From Allobaculum fili (lineage in GTDB: Bacteria > Bacillota_I > Bacilli_A > Erysipelotrichales > Erysipelotrichaceae), in assembly GCF_020969955.1 (NCBI RefSeq), contig NZ_JAHDSX010000052.1, forward strand, positions 1 to 14,893: a stretch of DNA of 14,893 nucleotides. The letters are read 5' to 3'. The notes beneath the pieces were generated by a model. That model had not been told where the DNA came from, searched no databases, and saw only the letters and a program-made list of their open reading frames with translations. The position numbers and the translations under genes are program-made. Positions 9,301 through 13,859 of the stretch are shown here, piece after piece; positions within the stretch are counted from its first letter, which is position 1, and every line of letters starts with the position of its first letter.

Positions 9301-9387
9301 AAGGCTGTCAATGACGCGGCCAGTGCTCTGAACCAAACCCTTTTGAAACTGCGCAAAAATCCAGAAGATCCAAAAGCGAATTTCTAA
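3382..9387 (+). CDS. Secreted 2001-aa multidomain glycoside hydrolase with GH30-type and GH43-type catalytic modules plus accessory modules
   Basis: - Start: GGAAAGGA RBS-like stretch 7 nt upstream; signal peptide aa 1-30 (..LPISA|AE).
- GH30-type (clan GH-A), aa ~40-745: EGWGTSLCWWAN, RYNLGGGD, SNSPPYFMT, FNEPN (Glu436, nt 4687-4689), LWMSEVDG (Glu536, nt 4987-4989), about 100 aa apart as expected for acid/base and nucleophile. It contains a ~185-aa beta-rich insert (nt 3706-4266).
- LamG/ConA-like, aa ~757-971 (nt 5650-6294).
- Two Ig-like LxLPxxV..ITWS modules (nt ~6360-6870).
- GH43-type five-bladed propeller, aa ~1168-1475 (nt 6883-7806): YFTGEG, VRDPYILR (Asp1219), SIDTTV (Asp1343), YVEGPAIYK (Glu1401), ARHGTPI.
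- Big_4-like module, then a CBM/malectin-like module (EYMIDCNN.., nt ~8030-8540).
- FIVAR (nt ~8545-8740), one Flg_new/Listeria-Bacteroides repeat (WSVTFKNG..FIGWTP, nt ~8740-8930), then further FIVAR-like helical repeats to the C-terminus. Confidence 0.93.
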   Translation: MNKRYRLLSLLCSGAMAMQSISAFVLPISAAESAPDQTVRVQAAKASPFHDTDGDGLGEFEGWGTSLCWWANRIGSSEALTSDTAEKFFSDDGLDLNIGRYNLGGGDSTIASLSPNENAVLCTLEEGSAPSFGGSKMQISSKTYNDSTRWQKTDRDLGLLKGAKLGTLKEIGWIGPINGTVGNADMLTYTVQAEKTGTYTVKVLVKLDGTHNRGVSLQVNHDKIYSASTEEIEKNIMAVQGNVKFYIAVLENVELAQGENTLQLGGNTASSNTYMHDYIEMAVIPEDQVLEDGTQDPGLHQSHIIRSDSAVPGYCTNITPIVITEEHPLSWYVENFTRADPDCGYAWNYDWEADKDQLNVLKAASSASGQDFIAEIFSNSPPYFMTESLCSSGNYTASQNNLRTDSYDAFATYMADVIEHLHQNGVTFESASAFNEPNTDYWGAYSSKQEGCHFDANAISQILVRLNAKLEEKNIDLQLSASDETSIDTQITTYNALSSEAKTVVDRIDTHTYGGSNRAGLQALAKKEEKNLWMSEVDGGFTAGSNAGEMSAALGLGKRIITDVNGLNCSAWIFWNLIDKHADNSEYGQSWISSSNGIDKATLEDLGWNGQTGGYWGVAAADHNTGRLALSMKYYGFGQFTRYIRPGYTILASSDSTLCAYDPDEQKAVIVAINDKADAQTMQFNLGDFSHAPGKVTAIRTSGSMEEGEKWKDVSEEALASKDDHSVTANLKANSITTYIIEGIGKPKRMLEDSGALRTDLSFDVQDGESALRDQSGYGLDAPLTSLDSADSASYGEASILSFSQNGYVTLPKGMIEDGNAFTISLSAYAPQTSSHWLLTLGSKEGVWPNVDNYFFLTPKSGQGGYTDKILAAISQSGETRLPVNTDKVASNTAFNTYTIVSDGYTITVYLDGEKVTELDHSKDWSQILTGDRDGYIGKSLYTPDPLFSGAAASFKVWNKALNSEELAQAWKEEPNKDDCMKAALAQAILNKNKSVDAIDSDLNLPAQVYGQNVTWSVSENDAISADGKYTMPLADTKASITAAFTGTDTSYVLDLNVPGEDPDKIVSDAKAELSIPNADNIKGNIRLPDHLGKASITWSMSESGNGILDLSEKEASVPGYGKVPAGVITRPASDTNVTLTATISYKNTTETKVFDLTIKAAPKQQEMTDYFFAYFTGEGKADGEQIYFSASQDGLNWNDLNDGKPSLVSSLGEKGVRDPYILRSPEGDKFYIIATDLKINGNGNWDRAQKAGSQSLLVWESDDLIDWGEPRLVEVSASIDAGCTWAPEAAYDPLTGEYIVYWSSKVKGDNYAKQRVYYTRTRDFCTFSEPQVWIDKDQSSIDTTVIAHNNAYYRLTKNEGGETNSLGAKTKTLFLEKSDTLLGEYTHIASDSLNANQYVEGPAIYKLNADDSASDKWILLADDFGGIGYYPLEISDLDSGTFTKLESGFKMPSGARHGTPIAISAEEYDRLMKANGQAEPVNTWYSTSSKSGLPETVTIGHSSYPVTWQNEDLWSSHKAFDTVTISGTAVLDEAKNETMKVFASVQLIPENMEYMIDCNNPDSLSHKYALASSSQMKNTVSEQVKTDENTWGSLSRIGENSGDVDMVAFSQTSLENPYTGGYWARGGKTISYALTLPKGDHTIYVGVNGWWSVSRTMKLDVTTSKGTSKLMDCNVTSSKETLHSANIHLDQEETITLTLSKTDNQDPILSWIGVSLKTSPDKTQLESLLAEVSALNETDWTPSTWSALQAKREAAQNTVSNPNASEEDVRAALSALQAARDALKRQWSVTFKNGTTVLKKAYVEDGQSAETLAPAASEVTVPEGKVFIGWTPAFGPVHAMKEYTPVFEDAPIVVDKEALQARVDAIEAEQLALRPDENHSYVKASFEALNTALDQAKRVLNDSDAQQKTVDAALESLNTARSNLTLVDLTFVRLTHNKYESLNLSLFKADGKAALTEAASAAKAQIDNPTSQKAVNDAASALNQTLLKLRKNPEDPKANF

Positions 9388-9564
9388 TCGTTCCGATTCT
9401 ATTCGAACAGTTTCTGGAAAATAGAACGAAGATCAATTCTCCTTTACGGATTTTCATCCGGTGTTCTGAACTTTTAAGAATGTCGTCCTTTGTGCCGGCA
9501 TTCTTTTTCTCTGTCCGGATTTTTTCTGTTCAGATTTTTTCTTTCTGGACTTTCTTTCTTTCGC

Positions 9565-9621
9565 AAAAAAGGCTTTGCCGCCTGGCTGTTCAATGCGAGC
9601 AGCAGGCAGACAAAGCCTTTT
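9565..9621. terminator. Bidirectional Rho-independent terminator between the convergent GH and GH25 genes
   Basis: AAAAAA (9565-9570), then a long imperfect hairpin GGCTTTG-CC-GCCTG-G-CTG ... CAG-CAGGC-AGA-CAAAGCC (9571-9617), then TTTT (9618-9621). An A-tract upstream and a T-tract downstream allow termination on both strands. Confidence 0.8.
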
Positions 9622-9700
9622 CGTATGCAGTGAGGATCAGAAATCGGATTCGAATTTTGCAAATCCGGATTCCGATCACAATTTCGTTTTTTGCGGTTCG

Positions 9701-11335
9701 CTAATCCTGGACGTGAATTTTCATGCCGTTGGGATTGGAAGAAACGGTTATGGACGATTTTGTATCTTTGTTCTCGCCGGGGCGTTCTGGATAGGTTGCC
9801 CGGCGTTTGGATGCGGTGTTGAGTTCGGGTGTTTCCACGCGAATCGATTTGTTCTGCGAGGAACTGTTATTGTGCTCGGAGGAAGAAATCCAGTTTTCAC
9901 GCACCGTCTTTTCTTCTTTGCTCTCCTCGACTGTGCCGTACCAGGCAATGCCTTCCTGATTCCAGCCGGCTTTTTTCAGATAGCTGTATTCGTTGGAATC
10001 CGTAGTGAAGTGGTGCGAGCCCGTTCTGGCATTCGGGTTATAGACACGGTAAACCGGCGTGCCTTCCTTCAGATCGGAATACCAGCCGATGCCTTCGTAC
10101 GTCCAGCCGGCTCGAATCAGGCCGTCTTTCTCTTTGGCATCCATTGTGTAATGGTGGTCGCCCGCATTCGGGTTGTACAGGCGGAAAACCGGCTCGCCCG
10201 TCGCTGGAAGCTGCCAGGCGGTGCCTTCATCTTTCCAGCCCGCATCGCACAAGAAGGCCCATTCGTTGCGGTCGGCGGTGTAAAAATGTTCGCCGGAATT
10301 CGGGTTGTAGACGCGATACATCGTCTTAGGCACTTCGTTTACCGTGCATAACGATTTCCAGTCTTCGGCGGAACCGAAAAACTTGTTGAGATCGAGATCG
10401 CCGTCGTAGCCTTCCAGACGGCCTCTCGACGAATACTGGTGCATCCAGTATTCCTCAAAGGCGCCCGTACCGGCCCTGTCGGTAAACGTATTTTCCCGAT
10501 AGCCGTTCTGCACTTCGTTCTGGCCATAGTTGGCGACCCAGAGGGGATACCCTTCTTCCGCCAGACGGCTCCAGTCCAGCGTCCGGGTGTAATAGCTGCT
10601 CATGTAAATCATGCACTTCATGCCGGACAGACTGTAGTAGGCTTTCACAAAGCGGTACGCCCAGTCGGTATCTTTCGCGCTTAACAGATCGCGCGCTTCA
10701 AAGTCGAGAATCGGCACGCCCTTGCCGATGTAGGCACGGGTTGTGCGGTAAAAAAAATCAGCTTCCTTTTCCGGCGTGTCTTCGCAGCCGCGATCATGCG
10801 CAAAGTGGTAAAAGCCAAACAGCTTGCCGCTTTCAAGAATGCTCGAGGCGTACTCGTAAAATTTCGGATCCCGGTAGCCGTTGCCGCCGGATGCCTTGCA
10901 GATGATAAAATCCGCATCCATGGCCGCCGGATCGATACCGTCCTGCCAGCGGGAAATGTCAATACCGTTGAGCTTCACGTCGCTCTTGCGGTGATTGTCG
11001 AGCGGAAGAGGCATGGACGGCTTGTCTTCCTCCTGTTCGCTCGCTTCTTCCACGATTTCCTCTGTTATGACTGCCGGCGTTTCTGGAGCGGCCGGATCAG
11101 CAGTCGGAGCGGAAGGCGCAGTGTTATCGGATGGAGTGTTGTCCGGTGTGGAAGACGGTTCAAGCGGCATGGAGGATACGTCCTGCGAAGGGCTGCCCGT
11201 CTGCGGCATGGAGGAGGTGTGCGTTTCTTCCATAGGCTGAATGTCCTGCGCATGCACAGGAAGGCCGCCCAGCACCAGACCGCCGGCCAGCGAGGCCTGC
11301 AGAAGCCTGTTTCGTGTTGTTTTATAGTTCATCAT
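9701..11335 (-). CDS. Secreted GH25 muramidase (lysozyme) with PST-rich linker and three C-terminal YNPN-type (DUF5648-like) repeats
   Basis: The ORF is open to 11422, but the ATG at 11335 has AAGGAG 6 nt upstream and begins a typical signal peptide (MMNYKTTRNRLLQASLAGGLVLGGLPVHA|Q).
- GH25 motifs (nt ~10350-10975): GIDISRWQDGID, FIICKASGG, FGFYHF, ILDFE (D-x-E), PLWVANY, WMHQYSS, DLDLNKF.
- Three ~43-aa repeats follow: YR(V/L)YNPN.G.H.YT....E...L...GW..EG.AW.
- A 77-aa low-complexity tail ends the protein. Confidence 0.9.
   Translation of the reverse strand: MMNYKTTRNRLLQASLAGGLVLGGLPVHAQDIQPMEETHTSSMPQTGSPSQDVSSMPLEPSSTPDNTPSDNTAPSAPTADPAAPETPAVITEEIVEEASEQEEDKPSMPLPLDNHRKSDVKLNGIDISRWQDGIDPAAMDADFIICKASGGNGYRDPKFYEYASSILESGKLFGFYHFAHDRGCEDTPEKEADFFYRTTRAYIGKGVPILDFEARDLLSAKDTDWAYRFVKAYYSLSGMKCMIYMSSYYTRTLDWSRLAEEGYPLWVANYGQNEVQNGYRENTFTDRAGTGAFEEYWMHQYSSRGRLEGYDGDLDLNKFFGSAEDWKSLCTVNEVPKTMYRVYNPNSGEHFYTADRNEWAFLCDAGWKDEGTAWQLPATGEPVFRLYNPNAGDHHYTMDAKEKDGLIRAGWTYEGIGWYSDLKEGTPVYRVYNPNARTGSHHFTTDSNEYSYLKKAGWNQEGIAWYGTVEESKEEKTVRENWISSSEHNNSSSQNKSIRVETPELNTASKRRATYPERPGENKDTKSSITVSSNPNGMKIHVQD
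9935..10318 (-). repeat. Three tandem ~43-codon repeats encoding the YNPNxGxHxYT...GWxxEGxAW module (protein-level repeat)
   Basis: The three repeats are YRVYNPNSGEHFYTADRNEWAFLCDAGWKDEGTAWQL, FRLYNPNAGDHHYTMDAKEKDGLIRAGWTYEGIGWYS and YRVYNPNARTGSHHFTTDSNEYSYLKKAGWNQEGIAWYG. This repeat type is common at the C-termini of Gram-positive cell-wall hydrolases. Confidence 0.85.
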
Positions 11336-11464
11336 GCAATCTCCTTTTGCGCGTTTTTGATGAAATTTTTTTGCGCTGGATTCAAATTTCTCTGCTGCGC
11401 TTTTCCCTCGCGGGCTCGTCAACCCGGCTGAAAGTCAGGTCGCGGGCAGAGAGGAAGCCGTTTC

Positions 11465-11494
11465 ATTGTAAAGTTTGTACAGTCCTGAAATCAA
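11465..11494 (-). promoter_or_regulatory. Sigma-A-type promoter of the GH25 gene
   Basis: Minus strand: TTGATT (11494-11489), an 18-nt spacer, then TACAAT (11470-11465). This predicts a ~120-nt 5' UTR. Confidence 0.6.
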
Positions 11495-11635
11495 GATTCG
11501 AAAGACATTTTAAGCGCAGCGGCAGAGCGGCCAAAACCATGTGCCTTTTCTTCATAGACTCGTTCTTCTTCGGCTGAAGGTTTCTCTTCTCGCTGCGTTT
11601 TTTCTCTGGCTGCCTTCCCTGACTGAATTGGAAAC

Positions 11636-11663
11636 AAAAAGCCAGTCCCAAAACAGGACTGGC
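11636..11663 (-). terminator. Rho-independent terminator of the zinc-ribbon/GYF gene
   Basis: Minus strand: GCCAGTCC TGTTTTG GGACTGGC followed by TTTTT, 25 nt after the stop at 11688. Confidence 0.85.
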
Positions 11664-11687
11664 CAGGTTCGAAAAGGTGATGCAAAA

Positions 11688-12701
11688 CTAGTCTTGCGAA
11701 ATGATGGTATTGATCTGATCCTGCGCGATCATCATGGAAACGACATCGAGACCGAAGATCGACAAAATCAGCATGAGTACCGCGTTGTTGGACTGACGAC
11801 GGCCGGAGCAGTCATACAGCAGGTTACCCAGCTTGTAGAAGTAGTAGATGAGGTACAGACCGCAAGTCACGATCGTCAGCAGGATAACCGACATGGCAGA
11901 CGGTCCATGCGGCTGGCCTTTGGCTGCAGCAAGACGATTGGAGTCTTCTACGAGCAGATAGAGCCAGACGATACTGAAAATACCGCAGGTCAGAATGCTT
12001 CCGAGCAGATACAGTACGGGGTTGCGCGGGGTAATGTAGGCGGTGGAAGAATTGCCTGCGTTCGAGCGAAGATCCGGCTGGGAACGGCGCGGCGCAGTCG
12101 ACTGCGCAGGCAGATAGGCGCGCAGTTCGGTAGCGGAAAGGTTTCTCCAGTCTTCAAAATCGCTTTTCCAGACAAGGGATTCGCCGTCAAGAATACCCTG
12201 ACGGATGTAGCCGATCATAACCGTTTCCGAGAACGGTCCATAGGAGCGGCCGTTTACAGCGTAGTACCATTCCTGCGCCTGCGAGCTGTCGCCATACGTT
12301 TCAGTAGTCGAAGAATAGGAACCGGACATGCTGGTCTGGGTACTCTGCGGCGTGCTCGTATCCGTAAAGGCGTTCGTACTGGACGCTGCAGCGGTTTCGG
12401 GCTCGGCCGGCATTTCAGCAGGCTCACTTTCCTGATAGAGCGGTGTGGATTTCAGGCGGGTCCATTCTTTCATGCCACGCGTCCACACGTACGTATCCGG
12501 ACCGAGGTCGCCTGAAACGATCCGATTCAGGAAATCGTCTTTGGAAAAAGGACCTTTGGAGGCACCGTCTTCGACGTAGTACCAGGCCTCCGTGCTTTTG
12601 GTTTCCGTTTTATTTTCAGAATCCGGAAGACGCGTCCCGCACTCATTGCAGAACCGGCTGGTATCCAGGTTTTCCGTCTGACAATTTGGACATTTTTTCA
12701 T
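11688..12701 (-). CDS. Zinc-ribbon / tandem GYF_2 (DUF4339) / DUF4234 integral membrane protein, function unknown
   Basis: The ORF is open to 12839, but the ATG at 12701 has AAGGAG 7 nt upstream and starts MKKCPNCQTENLDTSRFCNECGTRL (CxxC-x11-CxxC zinc ribbon).
- Two GYF_2-like modules: WYYVEDGASKGPFSKDDFLNRIVSGDLGPDTYVWTRGMKEWTRL and WYYAVNGRSYGPFSETVMIGYIRQGILDGESLVWKSDFEDWRNL.
- C-terminal membrane domain with the duplicated TCG(I/L)(F/Y) motif of DUF4234: ILTCGIFSIVWLY and IVTCGLYLIYYFY. Confidence 0.88.
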   Translation of the reverse strand: MKKCPNCQTENLDTSRFCNECGTRLPDSENKTETKSTEAWYYVEDGASKGPFSKDDFLNRIVSGDLGPDTYVWTRGMKEWTRLKSTPLYQESEPAEMPAEPETAAASSTNAFTDTSTPQSTQTSMSGSYSSTTETYGDSSQAQEWYYAVNGRSYGPFSETVMIGYIRQGILDGESLVWKSDFEDWRNLSATELRAYLPAQSTAPRRSQPDLRSNAGNSSTAYITPRNPVLYLLGSILTCGIFSIVWLYLLVEDSNRLAAAKGQPHGPSAMSVILLTIVTCGLYLIYYFYKLGNLLYDCSGRRQSNNAVLMLILSIFGLDVVSMMIAQDQINTIISQD

Positions 12702-12809
12702 GTGAAAACTCCTTATTTTCAATAAGCAGAGCGATAACGGTCCGGTCTGTTTGCCGGAACATCGTTTCCATCGCTGTATACAGAACACTCCCAAGGCGGG
12801 GGCTTTGGG

Positions 12810-12824
12810 AATTTCACAGAAATT
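12810..12824. promoter_or_regulatory. Perfect 6-3-6 palindrome AATTTC-ACA-GAAATT, a candidate operator in the divergent control region
   Basis: Seen directly. It overlaps a possible extended -10 for the minus-strand gene (TGGCACAAT, complement of 12822-12830). I do not recognise a binding protein. Confidence 0.25.
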
Positions 12825-12977
12825 GTGCCACAGAAACATGAAAATAATCTTAACGGGCTGTCTTTTTTCCTGAAAATTTCCCGATCGTGAACAGGAGGAT
12901 AAAAGCTTTCCCTCTTTTTACCGGACCGGTTCGACCGTTTTCTTCTTTTTTCGGATTCGTGCACGCTCAGCCAAACT

Positions 12978-12986
12978 TGATAGAAT
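12978..12986 (+). promoter_or_regulatory. Extended -10 promoter element (TGaTAGAAT) placed so that transcription would start at or next to the HAD-like ATG (possible leaderless mRNA)
   Basis: TG (12978-12979), a, TAGAAT (12981-12986), then 6 nt, then ATG at 12993. There is no Shine-Dalgarno sequence in between. In-frame TGA and TAG directly upstream exclude a longer ORF. Confidence 0.4.
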
Positions 12987-12992
12987 AAGAAC

Positions 12993-13859
12993 ATGCAAAT
13001 CATTCATTCTGTCCTGATCGGACTTGAAAATACGCTTCTCAACCAGTTTGGAGACATTCCTCCAGCCACCATGTCCATTCTCGAAGATCTGCATTCCAAG
13101 GGGATCGTCCTTGGTCTGTGTTCTCAGCGCGATGCCCGCTGGGTTCTTCATTTTCTGGAGCGCAAACGAATCGACAGGATTTTTTCCTACGTTCTTGCCG
13201 CCGAAGGCAGCCAGTACGTTTCCCTGCCTGAAAAAAAGATCATCAGCCTGCACGCGTTTAATCCAAAAGAAGCCTGCGAACTGCTGACGAGTCTGTCGAC
13301 GCTGGAATCCGACCTTTCTCTGAAAATCCCCTGCGCCCGCATCATCGACAGCGGCCGCCGCTACCTGTGCGATCATCCGGGAACGTACGCTTTTCTGTTC
13401 GCTTTGCGCGAGCACCTCTACCCGGTTCGTTCCGTCGATTTCAATACGCTCAAATCGGAATCGTCCTATCACCGTCTGCTTCTGATCAGCTCCAAGGCGC
13501 TGATCAACCGGATCCGCCGCAAGAAAGAGCTCGAAGCCTATCCGGTCTGCCGCGTCTTCCCGACCGTTCTGGAAATTTACCCGCGCGGCAGTTCGCTTTG
13601 CGAAGCCTTTGCACTGGCCCAGAAGGAATTTCATTTCTCAGCCGAACAGACGCTCTGCTTCGGCTCGCTGAGTGTTGAAAAAGCGCTGCTGAAGGAAACG
13701 TTTGGCATCGCGATGAAAAACAGCCCGAAATCCGTCATCGATGTCTGCCGAAGAACGACCAAGTACAACGCGGGACAAAACGGAATCGCCTATATGATCA
13801 ACGTCCTGCTCATGGAGAAAGCCTGTGTTTTTCGAAAGCCGAACGGAAAAGCCCGTTAA
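12993..13859 (+). CDS. Cof-type (HAD-IIB) haloacid dehalogenase-fold protein with degenerate catalytic motifs (likely pseudo-phosphatase)
   Basis: 288 aa. The layout matches Cof-like HAD proteins.
- N-terminal motif I position reads VLIGLENTLLN instead of hhhhDxDGTLL.
- Motif II reads LGLCSQR (S/T-G-R type).
- C-terminal motif IV position reads FGSLSVEKALL..FGIAMKNSP instead of FGDxxNDxxML..G.AMGNA, and ends ..NGIAYMI.
- The nucleophile Asp and the motif IV acidic pair are absent. Confidence 0.75.
   Translation: MQIIHSVLIGLENTLLNQFGDIPPATMSILEDLHSKGIVLGLCSQRDARWVLHFLERKRIDRIFSYVLAAEGSQYVSLPEKKIISLHAFNPKEACELLTSLSTLESDLSLKIPCARIIDSGRRYLCDHPGTYAFLFALREHLYPVRSVDFNTLKSESSYHRLLLISSKALINRIRRKKELEAYPVCRVFPTVLEIYPRGSSLCEAFALAQKEFHFSAEQTLCFGSLSVEKALLKETFGIAMKNSPKSVIDVCRRTTKYNAGQNGIAYMINVLLMEKACVFRKPNGKAR

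Noticed and set aside
9575-10351. 258-aa plus-strand ORF overlapping the GH25 gene and the intergenic terminator
   Set aside because: It is antisense to the repeat and tail region of the GH25 gene and runs through the bidirectional terminator hairpin. It has no motifs.
11336-11422. 29-codon N-terminal extension of the GH25 ORF (start at 11422)
   Set aside because: There is no RBS at 11422 and the extension would bury the signal peptide. The ATG at 11335 has AAGGAG at optimal spacing and starts a canonical signal peptide.
11336-11460. c-di-AMP (ydaO/yuaA) or c-di-GMP riboswitch upstream of the GH25 gene
   Set aside because: I looked for the conserved blocks (for example GGGGA.CCA, GGGGUGAAUC and ACCCGA for ydaO, or the GEMM tetraloop/receptor pattern) and found none.
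11463-11651. 62-aa minus-strand ORF between the zinc-ribbon/GYF gene and the GH25 gene
   Set aside because: It starts inside the terminator hairpin of the upstream gene and runs through the predicted GH25 promoter. It has no RBS and its composition looks non-coding.
11541-12515. 324-aa plus-strand ORF overlapping the zinc-ribbon/GYF gene
   Set aside because: The minus strand encodes recognisable zinc-ribbon, GYF_2 and DUF4234 modules with a strong RBS. The plus-strand product is Arg/Gly-rich noise and starts inside the terminator/promoter region.
12702-12839. 46-codon N-terminal extension of the zinc-ribbon/GYF ORF (start at 12839)
   Set aside because: There is no RBS and the extension has no features. 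The ATG at 12701 has AAGGAG 7 nt upstream and begins directly with the zinc-ribbon motif.
12838-12873. 11-codon mini-ORF MKIILTGCLFS* in the divergent control region
   Set aside because: It has no Shine-Dalgarno sequence, and its ATG is just the complement context of the spurious upstream start of the minus-strand ORF. Nothing supports translation.
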